Source of the DNA: Mobula hypostoma
Taxonomy: Eukaryota
Direction of reading: 5' to 3'
Assembly: GCF_963921235.1 (NCBI RefSeq)
Contig: NC_086109.1
Coordinates: 1,054,001-1,118,000 of the forward strand
DNA: 64,000 nucleotides
The notes below the pieces were generated by a model, which saw only the letters and a list, made by a program, of their open reading frames with translations, had not been told where the DNA came from and did not search any database. A program made the translations under genes and the position numbers. Shown piece after piece: positions 1-11,039 of this stretch (position 1 is the stretch's first letter; every line of letters starts with the position of its first letter).

Positions 1-400
1 ATTAAGTACCTCCACTATCTCCTCTGGTTCCATACACACTTTTCCACTGTCACACTTGATTAGTCCTATTCTCTCACATCTTTCCCTCTTGCTCTTCACA
101 TACTTGTAGAATGCCTTGGGGTTTTCCTTAATCCTGCTTCCTGAGGCCTTCTCATGTCCCCTTCTGGCTCTCCTAATTTCATTCTTAATTTTCTAGTCTT
201 ATAATTTTCTAGATCTCTATCGTTACCTAGTTTTTGAGCCTTTCGTAAGCTTTTTTTCTCTTCTTGACTAGATTTTCAGCAACGTTTGTACACCATGGCT
301 TCTGTACACTACCATCCTTTCCCTGTCTCATTGGAATGTACCTTTGCAGAACACCACGCAAACATCCCCCAAATATTTGCAACATTTCTGCTGTACATTT
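1..400 (-). mobile_element. CR1 LINE ORF2 fragment (EN-RT linker)
   Basis: Minus-strand translation ...KPWCTNVAENLVKKRKKAYERLK matches the same region in the CR1 copy at 3024-3296. Confidence 0.8.
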
Positions 401-677
401 CCCTGAGAAAATCAGTGGGAAGTCAGAGGATTGGGAAGCTTTTAAAACCCTACAAAGAGCAACTAAAAGGATCATTAGGTGGGAAAAGATGAAATATGAA
501 AGCAAACTGGCAAACAATATCAAAGTGGATAGTAAAAGCTTTTTCAAGTATGTTAAGAATAAAAGAAAGATGAGAGTGGACAACAGGAATTCTGCAGATG
601 CTGGAAATTCAAGCAACACACATCAAAGTTGCTGGTGAATGAAAGGATATATGGCTGTGATATCCTCCATCCACCTA

Positions 678-801
678 CCGTACATCTGCTCTCACTCCAT
701 CCTCCCGCCCGTACATCTGCTCTCAGTCCTTCCTCCCGCCCGTACATCTGCTCTCACTCCATCCTCCCGCCCGTACATCTGCTCTCACTCCATCCTCCCG
801 C
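678..801 (+). repeat. 4 x 31-bp tandem repeat at the 5' truncation point of the Penelope copy
   Basis: Unit ccgtacatctgctctcactccatcctcccgc. Confidence 0.95.
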
Positions 802-1435
802 CACCCCACTAGGAATAGGGTTCTCCTGGTCCTCACCTACCACCCCACCAGCCTCCGGGTCCAACATATTATTCTCCGTAACTTCCGCCACCTCCAATGG
901 GATCCCACCACTAAGCACATCTTTCCCTCCCCACCCCTCTGCTTTCCGCAGGGATCGCTCCCTACGCGACTCCCTTGTCCATTTGTCCCCCCCATCCCTC
1001 CCCACTGATCTCCCTCCTGGCACTTATCCTTGTAAGCGGAACAAGTGCTACACATGCCCTTACACTTCCTCCCTTGCCACCATTCAGGGCTCCAGACAGT
1101 CCTTCCAGGTGAGGCGACACTTCACCTGTGAGTCGGCTGGGGTGATATACTGCGTCCGGTGCTCCCGATGTGGCCTTCTATATATTGGCGAGACCCAACG
1201 CAGACTGGGAGACCGCTTTGCTGAACACCTACGCTCTGTCCGCCAGAGAAAGCAGCATCTCCCAGTGGCCACACATTTTAATTCCACATCCCATTCCCAT
1301 TCTGACATGTCTATCCACGGCCTCCTCTACTGTAAAGATGAAGCCGCACTCAGGTTGGAGGAACAACACCTTATATTCCGTCTGGGTAGCCTCCAACCTG
1401 ATGGCATGAACATCGACTTCTCTAACTTCCACTAA
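802..1435 (+). pseudogene. Penelope ORF C-terminus: GIY-YIG endonuclease
   Basis: PCKRNKCYTCPY...FTCESAGVIYCVRCSRCGLLYIGETQRRLGDRFAEH...LGSLQPDGMN. Confidence 0.92.
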
Positions 1436-1727
1436 TGCCCCACCTCCTCCTCGTACCCCATCCGTTATTTATTTTTATACACACATTCTTTCTTTCACTC
1501 TCCTTTTTCTCCCTCTGTCCCTCTGACTATACCTCTTGCCCATCCTCTGGGTTCCTCCCCCCTTGTCTTTCTTCCCGGACCTCCTGTCCCATGATCCTCT
1601 CATATCCCTTTTGCCAATCACCTGTCCAGCTCTTGGCTCCATCCCTCCCCCTCCTGTCTTCTCCTATCATTTGGGATCTCCCCCTCCCCCTCCCACTTTC
1701 AAATCTCTTACTCACTCTTCCTTCAGT

Positions 1728-1765
1728 TAGTCCTGACGAAGGGTCTCGGCCTGAAACGTCGACTG
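1728..1765 (+). ncRNA. Minimal type-I hammerhead ribozyme (intact core)
   Basis: TAGTC-CTGACGA-A-GGGTCTCGGCCT-GAAAC-GTC-GACTG: stem I tagtc/gactg, core CUGANGA and GAAA, palindromic ACGU stem III, predicted cleavage after C1760. Confidence 0.85.
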
Positions 1766-2647
1766 TACCTCTTCCTAGAGATGCTGCCTGGCCTGCTGCG
1801 TTCACCAGCAACTTTGATGTGTATTGTAAGATGAGAGTGGATATAGAATCACTAGAAAATGAGACTGGAAAAATAATAATGGGGGACAAGGAGATGGCAG
1901 ATAAACTAATTGAGTATTTTGCATCAGCCTTTACTGTGGAAGATACTAACAGTGTGCCAGATGTTAAAGGGTGTGAGGGAAGAGAAGTGAGTGCAGTTAC
2001 TATTACAAGGAAGAAGATGCTCAAAAGGCTGAAAGACCTAAGTGTACATAAGCCACCTGGACCAGATGAACTGCACCCTAGGGTTCTGAAAGAGGTAGCA
2101 GTGGAGATTGTGGAGGCATTAGTCATTAGTAATGATCTTTCAAAAATCATTGGTGTCCAGCATGATGTCAGAGGACTGGAAAATTGCAAATGTCACACCA
2201 CTCTTTAAGAAAGGAGGAAGGCAGCAGAAATAAAGTTATAGATCAGTTAGCCTGACCTCAGTGGTTGGGAAGGTGTTGGAGTCAATCGTTAAGGATGAGG
2301 TGATGGAGTGCTCCAATGCAGGACAAGATAGGACAAGGTCAGCATGGTTTCCTTCATTGGAAATCCTACCTGATGACCCTGTTGGAATTCTTTGAGGAGA
2401 TTACATGTTGGATGGATAAAGGTGATGTAGTGGGTGTTGCATATTTGGAGTTTCAGAAGGCCTTTGACAAGGTGCCACACGTGAGGCCGCTTACCAAGTT
2501 AAGAGCCCCTGGTATACAGGAAAGCTGTTAACATGGTTAGAGCATTGACTGATTGGTAGGAGGAAGCGAGTGGGAATAAAAGGATCCTTTTCTGGTTGGC
2601 TGCCAGTGACTAGTGGTATTTCACAGGGGTCAATATTGATTGGCACC

Positions 2648-5032
2648 TGATTAGTTCCAAGTGTTTGGACGGGGTAGAGTTTGTTAAGTGTGTCCAAGAC
2701 GGATTCCTGTCACAGTATGTTGACAGACCGACTAGGGGGAATGCCATACTAGATCAAGTATTAGGTAACGAAATGGGTCAGGTCACAGATCTCTCAGTGG
2801 GTGAGCATCTGGGGGACAGCTCCCTGGCCTTTAGCATTATCATGAAAAGGATAGAATCAGAGAGGAAGGGAACATTTTAAATCAGGGAAGGGCAAATTAT
2901 GAGGCTATAAGGCTAGAACTTGCGGGTGTGAATTGAGATGATGTTTTTGCAGGGAAATGTACTATGGACATGTGGTCAATGTTTAGAGATCTCTTGTAGG
3001 ATGTTAGGGATAAATTTGTCCCGGTGAGGAACATAAATGGTAGGGTGAAGGAACCATGGGTGACAAATGAGGTGGAAAATCTAGTGAGGTGGAAGAAGGC
3101 AGCATACATGAGGATTAGGAAGCAAGGATCAGATGGGTCTATTGAGGAATATAGGGAAGCAAGGAAGGTGCTTAAGAAGAGGCTGAGAAGAGCAAGAAGG
3201 GGGCATGAGAAGGTCTTGGCGAGTAGGGTAAAGAAAAACCCCAAGGCATTCTTCAGTTATGTGAAGAACAAAACGATGACGGGAGTGAAGGTATGACCGA
3301 TTAGAGATAAAGGTGGGAAGATGTGCCTGGAGGCTGTGGAAGTGAGCGAGGTCCTCAATGAATACTTCTCTTCAGTATTCACCAATGAGAGGGAACTTGA
3401 TGATGGTGAGGACAATATGAGTGAGGTTGATGTTCTGGAGCATGTTGATATTAAGGGAGAGGAGGTGTTGGAGTTATTAAAATACATTAGGACGGATAAG
3501 TCCCCGGGCCCTGACGGAATATTCCCCAGGCTGCTCCATGAGGCGAGGGAAGAGATTGCTGAGCCTCTGGCTAGGATCTTTACCTCCTCGTTGTCCACAG
3601 GAATGGTACCGGAGGATTGGAGGGAGGCGAATGTTGTCCCCTTGTTCAAAAAAGGTAGTCAGGGTAGTCCAGGTAATTATAGACCAGTGAGCCTTATGTC
3701 TGTGGTGGGAAAGCTGTTGGAAAAGATTCTTAGAGATAGGATCTATGGGCATTTAGAGAATCATGGTTTGATCAGGGACAGTCAGCATGGCTTTGTGAAG
3801 GGCAGATCGTGTCTAACAAGCCTGATAGAGTTCTTTGAGGAGGTGACCAGGCATATAGATGAGGGTAGTGCAGTGGATGTGATCTATATGGATTTTAGTA
3901 AGGCATTTGACAAGGTTCCACATGGTAGGCTTATTCAGAAAGTCAGAAGGTATGGGATCCAGGGAAGTTTGGCCAGGTGGATTCAGAATTGGCTTGCCTG
4001 CAGAAGGCAGAGGGTGGTGGTGGAGGGAGGACATTTGGATTGGAGGGTTGTGACTGGTGGTGTCCCACAAGGATCGGTTCTGCGACCTCTACCTTTCGTG
4101 ATTTTTATTAACGACCTGGATGTGGGGGTAGAAGGGTGGGTTGGCAAGTTTGCAGACAGCACAAAGGTTGCTGGTGTTGTAGAGAGTGTAGAGGATTGTC
4201 AAAGATTGCAGAGAGACAATGATAGGGTGCAGAAGTGGGCTGAGAAGTGACAGATGGAGTTCAACCCGGAGAAGTGTGAGGTGGTACACTTTGGAAGGAC
4301 AAACTCCAAGGCAGAGTACAAAGTAAATGGCAGGATACTTAGTAGTGTGGAGGAGCAGAGGGATCTGGGGGTACATGTCCACAGATCCTTGAAAGTTGCC
4401 TCATAGGTAGATAGGGTAGTTAAGAAAGCTTATGGGGTGTTAGCTTTCATAAGTCGAGGGATAGAGTTTAAGAGTCGTGAGGTAATGATGCAGCTCTATA
4501 AAACTCTGGTTAGGCCACGCTTGGAGTACTGTGTCCAGTTCTGGTCGCCTCACTATAGGAAGGATGTGGAAGCATTGGAAAGAGTACAGAGGAGATTTAC
4601 CAGGATGCTGCCTGGTTTAGAGAGTATGCATTATGATCAGATTAAGGGAGCTAGGGCTTCACTCTTTGGAGAGAAGGAGGATGAAAGGATACATGATAGA
4701 TATTAAGAGGAATAGATAGAGTGGATAGCCAGCACCTCTTCCCCAGGGCACCACTACTCAATACAAGGGGACATGGCTTTAAGGTAAGGGGTGGGAAGTT
4801 CAAGGGGGATATTAGAGGAAGGTTTTTTACTCAGAGAGTGGTTGGTGCGTGGAATGCACTGCCTGAGTCAGTGGTGGAGGCAGATACACTAATGAAATTT
4901 AAGAGACTACTTGACAGGTATGTGGAGGAATTTAAGGTGGGGGCTTATATGGGAGGCAGGGTTTGAGGGTTGGCACAACAATGTGGGCCGAAGGGCCTGT
5001 ACTATGCTGTACTATTCTATGTTCTATGTTCT
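2648..5032 (+). mobile_element. CR1 LINE (different subfamily) nested in the CR1 at 410-6005
   Basis: ORF 3321-4250 RT: YRPVSLMSVVGKLLE, QHGFVKGRSCLT, DFSKAFDKVPH, GVPQGSVL, KFADS (catalytic motif mutated); (ttctatg)n tail to 5032. Confidence 0.93.
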
Positions 5033-6179
5033 AAGTTCAGTGTTGGGACCACTTCTTTTTATGCTGTATATAAATGATTTAGATGATGAAATAGATGGGT
5101 TTGTTGTCAAATTTGCAGATGATACGAAGATTGGTGGAGGGGCAGGTAGTGTTGAGGAAATGGGTGGGCTGCAGAAGGTCTTAGATAAATTATGAGAATG
5201 GGCAAGAAAGTGGCAAATGAAATACAATGTTGGAAAATGCATTTTGGTAGTAGAAATAATGTGCAGACTATTTTCGAAACAGGGAGAAAATCCAGTAATC
5301 TGAGATGCAAAGGGACTTGGGAGTCCTTGTGCAGAACACCCTAAAGGTTAATTTGCAGATAGAGTCAGAGGAAGGTAAATGCAATTTCAAGAGTTCTAGA
5401 ATACAAGAGCAGGGATTTGATGCTGAGGGATTATAAAATACTGGTGAGGCCCCACATTTATTATTGTGAACAGTTTTGGGCTCTTCATCTTAGAAAAGAT
5501 GTGCTGGCATTGGAGAGGGTTCAGGGGAGGTTCACAAGGATGATTCCAGGAATGAAAGTTTTATCATACGAGGAACGTTTGATGACTCTGGGTCTGCACT
5601 CGCTGGAATTCAGAAGGATGATAGGGGGATCTCATTAAAACTTTTCAAATGTTGAAAGCCTAGACAGAGTAGATGTGGAAAGTATGTTTCCCATGGTGGG
5701 AGGGTCTAGGACCAGAGGGCACAGCGTCAGGATAGAGGAGTGCCCTTTTAAAACAGAGATGTGGAGAAATTTCTTTAGCCAAAAGGTGGTGAATTTGTGG
5801 AATTTATTGCCACATGCAGCTGTGGAGGCCAGGTCATTGGGTGTATTTAAGGCAGAGATTGATAGGTTCTTGCCTGGACATGGCATCAAAGGTTACAGGG
5901 AGAAGGCCAGGGAATGGGCCTGAGGAGGGGAGAAAAGGATCAGCCATAATTGAATGACAGAGCAAACTCAATGGGCCAAATGGCCTAATTCTGCTCCCAT
6001 GTCTTCAGCCTCTTCAGGTAACTGAAGGCTTCCAGTGCAGGCTGCATTCTGGTGAATTTCCTTTGCAGTGCTATCACATCCCTTCTCAACAGGAACTGCA
6101 CACATTTCTCTGTGCTACCTTCCTTGCACTCCCTTTGCAGGATGGAGACTAACAGTTCCTCTATTTGCAGTCTCGATGA

Positions 6180-6752
6180 GGTCATGTAGGTACGTCATTG
6201 ATCCCAAAGGAAATTACGATATCACAGTAGCATTACAAGTGCACAGATATAATTATTAAAAGAGAAGTGGAAAGAATAAAAAATAAGTTATCACAAGCAG
6301 TCTAACAGGAGGGGGTCATCACTTACCTGGCAATAGCTTGACTCACCATGGCCGAGGGTAAGAGTGGCCTCAGATACCGCTTTTCCGAGCAGCGCAGTTG
6401 TTCAGCCAAGGCAGCATGCAGAGGGTGAGAAACATTGTCCAGAATTGCCAGGGTTTTGTTCTACCACAGCCTCCAGTGTGTCCAGTTTAACTCCTATAAC
6501 AGAGCCAGCCTCTCTAATCAGTTTATTGAGCCTGTTGGCATCACCCGTGTTGATGCCGTTGCCCCCAGCGTACCAGTACATAGAAGATTGTACTTGTAAC
6601 AACAGACCGGTAGACCATGTGAAGGAGAGGCCTGCATATGCCAAAGGACCTCACTCTCCTCAGGAAGTAGAGGTGACTCTGGCCCTTCTGGTTTACAGCC
6701 TCTGTGTTGGTGCTCCACTCAGGTCTGTTGTCCAAGTTCACGCCCAGATACA
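6180..6752 (-). mobile_element. Rex1/Babar-type LINE 3' fragment
   Basis: YLGVNLDNRPEWSTNTEAVNQKGQSHLYFLRRVRSF; DANRLNKLIREAGSVIG. Confidence 0.8.
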
Positions 6753-6954
6753 TATTAGCAATTCGCTCAACTTGGTGATGTTCTCATGAAGCCTCTTTAC
6801 TAAAAATCTCACCTAATTTAGCACCATCAACAAACTTAGAGGGTGCCATCTACTTCGCTCAGTCAAATCAATAATCAATGATCACTGCTCACAGCCTGAC
6901 AATTGGGCACAACCCATTTCTTCCAGTCATTGCTGGTAGGCAAGGTAGTAAAGA

Positions 6955-7960
6955 AGGCGTTTGGCACGTGGGTCTTTGTCGGACAGGACTGAGTACATGT
7001 TGGGATATTATGTTGGAGTGATGCTGCTGAGACTGTTTTATTCTATTTTGTTCACCCTCCAAGAAGCAAGGTGCTATTTAGCTGAACAGGAGATTTATGA
7101 AGATGTTACTGGAGTTGAGGGACTGAGTAATGGAGAGAGTTTGGGACTTTTTTCATTGAAGTAGAGGAGAATAAGAGTTGATCTGATAAAGGTCTATAAA
7201 ATTAAGAGGGTCATACAGCACTTGCCAGGGCCCTACTGTTTACTGTATAAATTCCACCCCTGTTTGCCTTCCCAAAATACATCACCTTCCACTTATCTGA
7301 ATTGTGGCCATCCCGCATCCCAGTAGCCCAGATGATCAAGGTCTTGATCTCCATCTTTACTGTCACCACCTATGTTAATGTCATCTGCAAAGTTATTAAT
7401 GATGCCTTGTACATTTTCATCCGAATTATTGATATGGATGACAATTAGAAACATAGAAACATAGAAAATAGGTGCAGGAGTAGGCCATTCGGCCCTTCGA
7501 GCAATTGGCCTCGCACCAACCCCGAGGAACTCTTCTTATTATGGGCCTGCACTTCCACCATCACCCTCTGATTCCTATCATCATTCTATCTAGGTATCCA
7601 GTCCAGCTAGTCCCCCTGGACCCCCTAGCTTTGCAGAGAAGCCTATCTGAAGCGTATCATGGCCTTTCTGAAGACAATATGGGACAGGCCTACTGCCCTG
7701 TCATCAGCAAACTTCTTTGTTATTTCAAAAAACTCAGTCGAGTTCATAAGAAGTGATCTCAGATGCATAAAACCATGCTGACTGCCCCTTATCAATCAAC
7801 TTTCCAAATGATTGTATATCTTTTCCTTCAGAATCTTCTCCAGTACCTTCCCTAACGCAGATGTCAGAGTTCTTGATAGATGGTTTTCCTTTGCCAGATT
7901 TTAAAAATAAAGACACATTTGTTACTCTCTGCTCTACCTGCACTTCACCCATGGCGAACG
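6955..7960. mobile_element. Degraded CR1 fragments on both strands, including a short CR1 tail at 7446-7503
   Basis: agaaacatagaaacatagaaaataggtgcaggagtagg tail; RT remnants. Confidence 0.65.
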
Positions 7961-8347
7961 ATTCTGCATGTATCCTGTAATTTCTGCAGCTTCCCACGGT
8001 GTTGTTGTATATACCTGGTCACCTCCCCCCACACCCCCACCCCCACTCCCCACACCAACAGAGATATGCGAACCTCATAAACCATTTAAGCAAGTTACAC
8101 ACGTGTACAGATACACACACCACAGCAGCACAGAGCTCAGTACATGTCCTTATACTTATAGATGTATTCCTCGGTACCACGACACAAGTCTGGAAGTTCT
8201 GCTCATCTTGGCCCCTAAGCAGTTAAGATGGGTAGGAGAGAGACTATGACAAGTATTCTGTGGGCTCAGGGGTTTGAAATGGCAGAGCCCACACTGTGGA
8301 ACAATTAGCATCGGGCTGAACAGAGGCTTTGTGCTGTGGCAACTCAC

Positions 8348-8401
8348 CACATGCCAGCAATGGCCAGCAGGGTGGGTGGAAGGACCAGAGCCCGTGCCAG
8401 A
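8348..8401 (-). CDS. Candidate 54-nt exon of a minus-strand host gene (one frame reads LARALVLPPTLLAIAGM, signal-peptide-like); possibly MPZ
   Basis: Minus strand: gctgac branch-like motif, long pyrimidine tract, AAAG acceptor, exon, GTGAGT donor (8347-8342); unique, non-repeat DNA. Confidence 0.4.
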
Positions 8402-8595
8402 CTTTTGGCAGCAGGAGAGGGAGGGAGGCAAAACGGGAAAGGGAAAGAGAGGAGGAGGGGTCAAGAAGAATGCAAGTCAGCAACAAAATGAAAATAAGAT
8501 AAAGAGTGATAGAAAGATAGGGTGAACCAGGGGTCCAGAGAAAAACAGTTTGAGTTTATCATCAGGTATACATACACTGAGTATAAATGCCATAA

Positions 8596-9252
8596 AGAGA
8601 GATAGAAGGAGACAGACAGGTTTAAAGGGAGAGAGAAGGAGAAAGATGGGTTTAAAGGGAGAGAGAAGGAGACAGATGGGTTTAAAGGGAGAGAGAAGGA
8701 GACAGGCGGGTTCAAAGGGAGAGAGAAGGAGACAGATGGGTTTAAAGGGAGAGAGAAGGAGACAGGCGGGTTCAAAGGGAGAGAGAAGGAGACAGACGGG
8801 TTTAAATGGAGAGAGAAGGAGGCAGACGGGTTCAAAGGGAGAGAGAAGGAGACAGACGGGTTTAAAGGGAGAGAGAAGGAGACAGACGGGTTCAAAGGGA
8901 GAGAGAAGGAGACAGACGGGTTTAAAGGGAGAGAGAAGGAGGCAGACGGGATGAAAGGGAGAGAGAAGGAGGCAGACGGGATGAAAGGGAGAGAAGGAGG
9001 CAGATGGGTTCAAAGGGAGAGAGAAGGAGACAGACGGGTTCAAAGGGAGAGAGAAGGAGACAGACGGGTTCAAAGGGAGAGAGAAGGAGGCAGACGGGAT
9101 CAAAGAGAGAGAGAAGGAGACAGACGGGTTCAAAGGGAGAGAGAAGGAGACAGACGGGTTCAAAGGGAGAGAGAAGGAGACAGACGGGTACAAAGGGAGA
9201 GTGAAGGAGACAGAGGTTCAAAGGGAGAGAGAAGGAGACAGACAGGTTCAAA
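8596..9252. repeat. 30-bp purine-rich minisatellite, about 21 copies
   Basis: Unit gggttcaaagggagagagaaggagacagac. Confidence 0.97.
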
Positions 9253-9484
9253 GATGAGTCCAGGGGGAGAAGAGAAGAAAAGTGGATTTCATCAGCAGCT
9301 GCCATATGTATGTTTTTAACCTATTGACTTTTGATAGGGAAAGCTGTTGTAATGGGCAGATGCAGCTTTTAAGGAAAATAGACAGCTCTTCCGGAACCAT
9401 ACTGACAAGTGGCAGAATCTTTGTTACAGAACATGCTGCAGCACTGTGGAAAACTTTCTCAAACTAGTGCCTAGTAATAACAAC

Positions 9485-10260
9485 ACCCCTCACTCAGCTA
9501 AGTGCTCAGCACCACCCTTCCCACAGTATGAAGGTTCCTCACCACTCCTCCCACAACACGGAGCACCATCACCGGACGTCCCACAGTGTGGTGCTCCTCT
9601 TACAACACAGCGCTTCTCCTTTATCATTCCACCACAATGCAGAGCTCTGCCACCACCCTTCACAATGCGGAGCTCCCTCACTGCCTCTCCCACAATGTGA
9701 AGCTCCCTCACCAGCTTCCCACTATGTAGAGCTCCCTCACTACCCCTCCCACAGAGCTGCAGTTGTCTCTAGCACTACCCAATCCTCACCACCTTCCCTC
9801 ACAAACAATGCAACAGCATGGAGCTCCACCACCATTCCTCCTTTACCACCCACAGAGTGTAGTTGGCTGCCAAAGTAGCCATCCCACAGAGCAGTACTCC
9901 CTCAACGGCCCTCCAAAGCAAAGGCACTTCTTCACCTCCTTTCCCTCAGCACCTACTCCACAGCATGGCCCTCCCTCAGTGCCCCACCCGGGCTCTCTCG
10001 TCACCCCTCCCTCACGCCTGTTCCCACAGGGCAGTGGCCTCACAAGCCCTCCCCAGCATGGCGTTCCCTCACTGCCCTTCCCTCAGTGCGCCCTCACCAT
10101 CCCTCTCACGGTGTGCCTTTCCTCACTATACATCCGAAAACACAGCCCTCCCTCACAACCCCTCCCCAGCATGGCATTCCCTCACTGCCACTTCCTAAAC
10201 ACCCCTCCCACAGCACAATCCTCTCTTGCTACCCTTCCCTCATCGCCCCTCACGTGCCAT
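9485..10260. repeat. Degenerate ~31-bp minisatellite-like array
   Basis: Recurring ccacagtgtggagctccctcaccacccctc-like units; similar units near 32120-32200 and 53560-53610. Confidence 0.65.
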
Positions 10261-10311
10261 GCTGCTTTACCACCTCTGGTCTTCACTGAAGTATTCCACT
10301 TCTGCCACTTC

Positions 10312-10560
10312 TGGGCCCAGAGGGTAAATTGCTATCATTGCGCACCCCCCCCCCGCTCCCCATTGTATTTATATCAGGGCCTAGAGAGTAAATTGCTATC
10401 ATTGTTTCTCCCCCATTGTATTCATATCAGGGCCCAGAGAGTAAATTGCTATCATTGCCCCCCTATTGTATTCATATTGGGGCCCAGAGAGTAAATTGCT
10501 ATCATTGCCCCCCCATTGTATTCATATTGGGGCCCAGAGAGTAAATTGCTATCATTGCCT
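10312..10560. repeat. ~50-bp tandem repeat, about 5 copies
   Basis: Unit gggcccagagagtaaattgctatcattgccccccccattgtattcatatt. Confidence 0.93.
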
Positions 10561-10569
10561 CCCCTCGGC

Positions 10570-10790
10570 CCCTGCTCTGTTTTCCTGACATGGTGCACAG
10601 CTGCTTGAGAACAATACCCCTTGCTTTTGAGAAAATGTAGAACACTTGTGGCATTTGCAGAGTGACAGCCAGCCTTTGTTCCGCTGAGCTGGACCCTCGG
10701 CCAAAACAAAGCAGCCTTCAGTGACCAGGAGACCCGCCCCCTGCACTGCTCAGCCGCTCCAGATAACCGCCCTTCGTCAGTTGCAGCTTC
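10570..10790. promoter_or_regulatory. Candidate enhancer/promoter with clustered SOX-type motifs and a GC box
   Basis: aacaat 10610, ctttgtt 10674, aacaaag 10705, cccgccccc 10733 in unique sequence. Confidence 0.3.
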
Positions 10791-11039
10791 AAGCTGTATG
10801 TGTGTGTGTTACTGCGAACCTCAGCCCTCAATGTAGACAGCAGCCTGCGGAGACTTGTCCAGCATAGAAACTACAACCTATCTCATCCAGGCCAACTGCC
10901 ATCCCTACCTGCCTGCATGAATTTCACATCCTTCTGAATGCCTGCTAATTCAAATATCTGTCCAGGTGCTCCTGAATGTTCTTCCTTTCCTACCACCACC
11001 TCCTCTTCTGACAACCTATCCCAGATGCCAACTACAAGA

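Larger units (their letters stand above)
581..1827 (+). mobile_element. Penelope-like element, 5'-truncated, with inverted pLTR tip at the left end
   Basis: 14-bp TSD aagatgagagtgga (567-580, 1828-1841); GIY-YIG ORF; pLTR with hammerhead; 581-640 is the reverse complement of the pLTR 3' end. Confidence 0.92.
410..6005 (+). mobile_element. CR1 LINE, 5'-truncated and decayed, interrupted by Penelope (581-1827) and a second CR1 (2648-5032)
   Basis: KMKYESKLANNIKVDSKSFFKY, PGPDELHPRVLKE, GPLLFMLYINDLD..KFADDTK, NFFSQKVVNLWN; CR1-type 3' end gggccaaatggcctaattctgctccc. Confidence 0.9.

Noticed and set aside
1435..2208. 257-aa ORF
   Set aside because: Chance fusion of Penelope pLTR sequence and CR1 ORF2
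7505..7735. Possible exon or captured sequence next to a short CR1 tail
   Set aside because: No splice signals, TSD or recognisable homology; cannot support a call
8461..9319. Long ORFs on both strands and a CRISPR-like 30-bp periodicity
   Set aside because: Pure tandem minisatellite without unique spacers or cas genes; the ORFs are repeat translations
9446..10494. Pro/Ser/His-rich ORFs up to 243 aa
   Set aside because: Derived from a C-rich degenerate repeat; no domain or splice support
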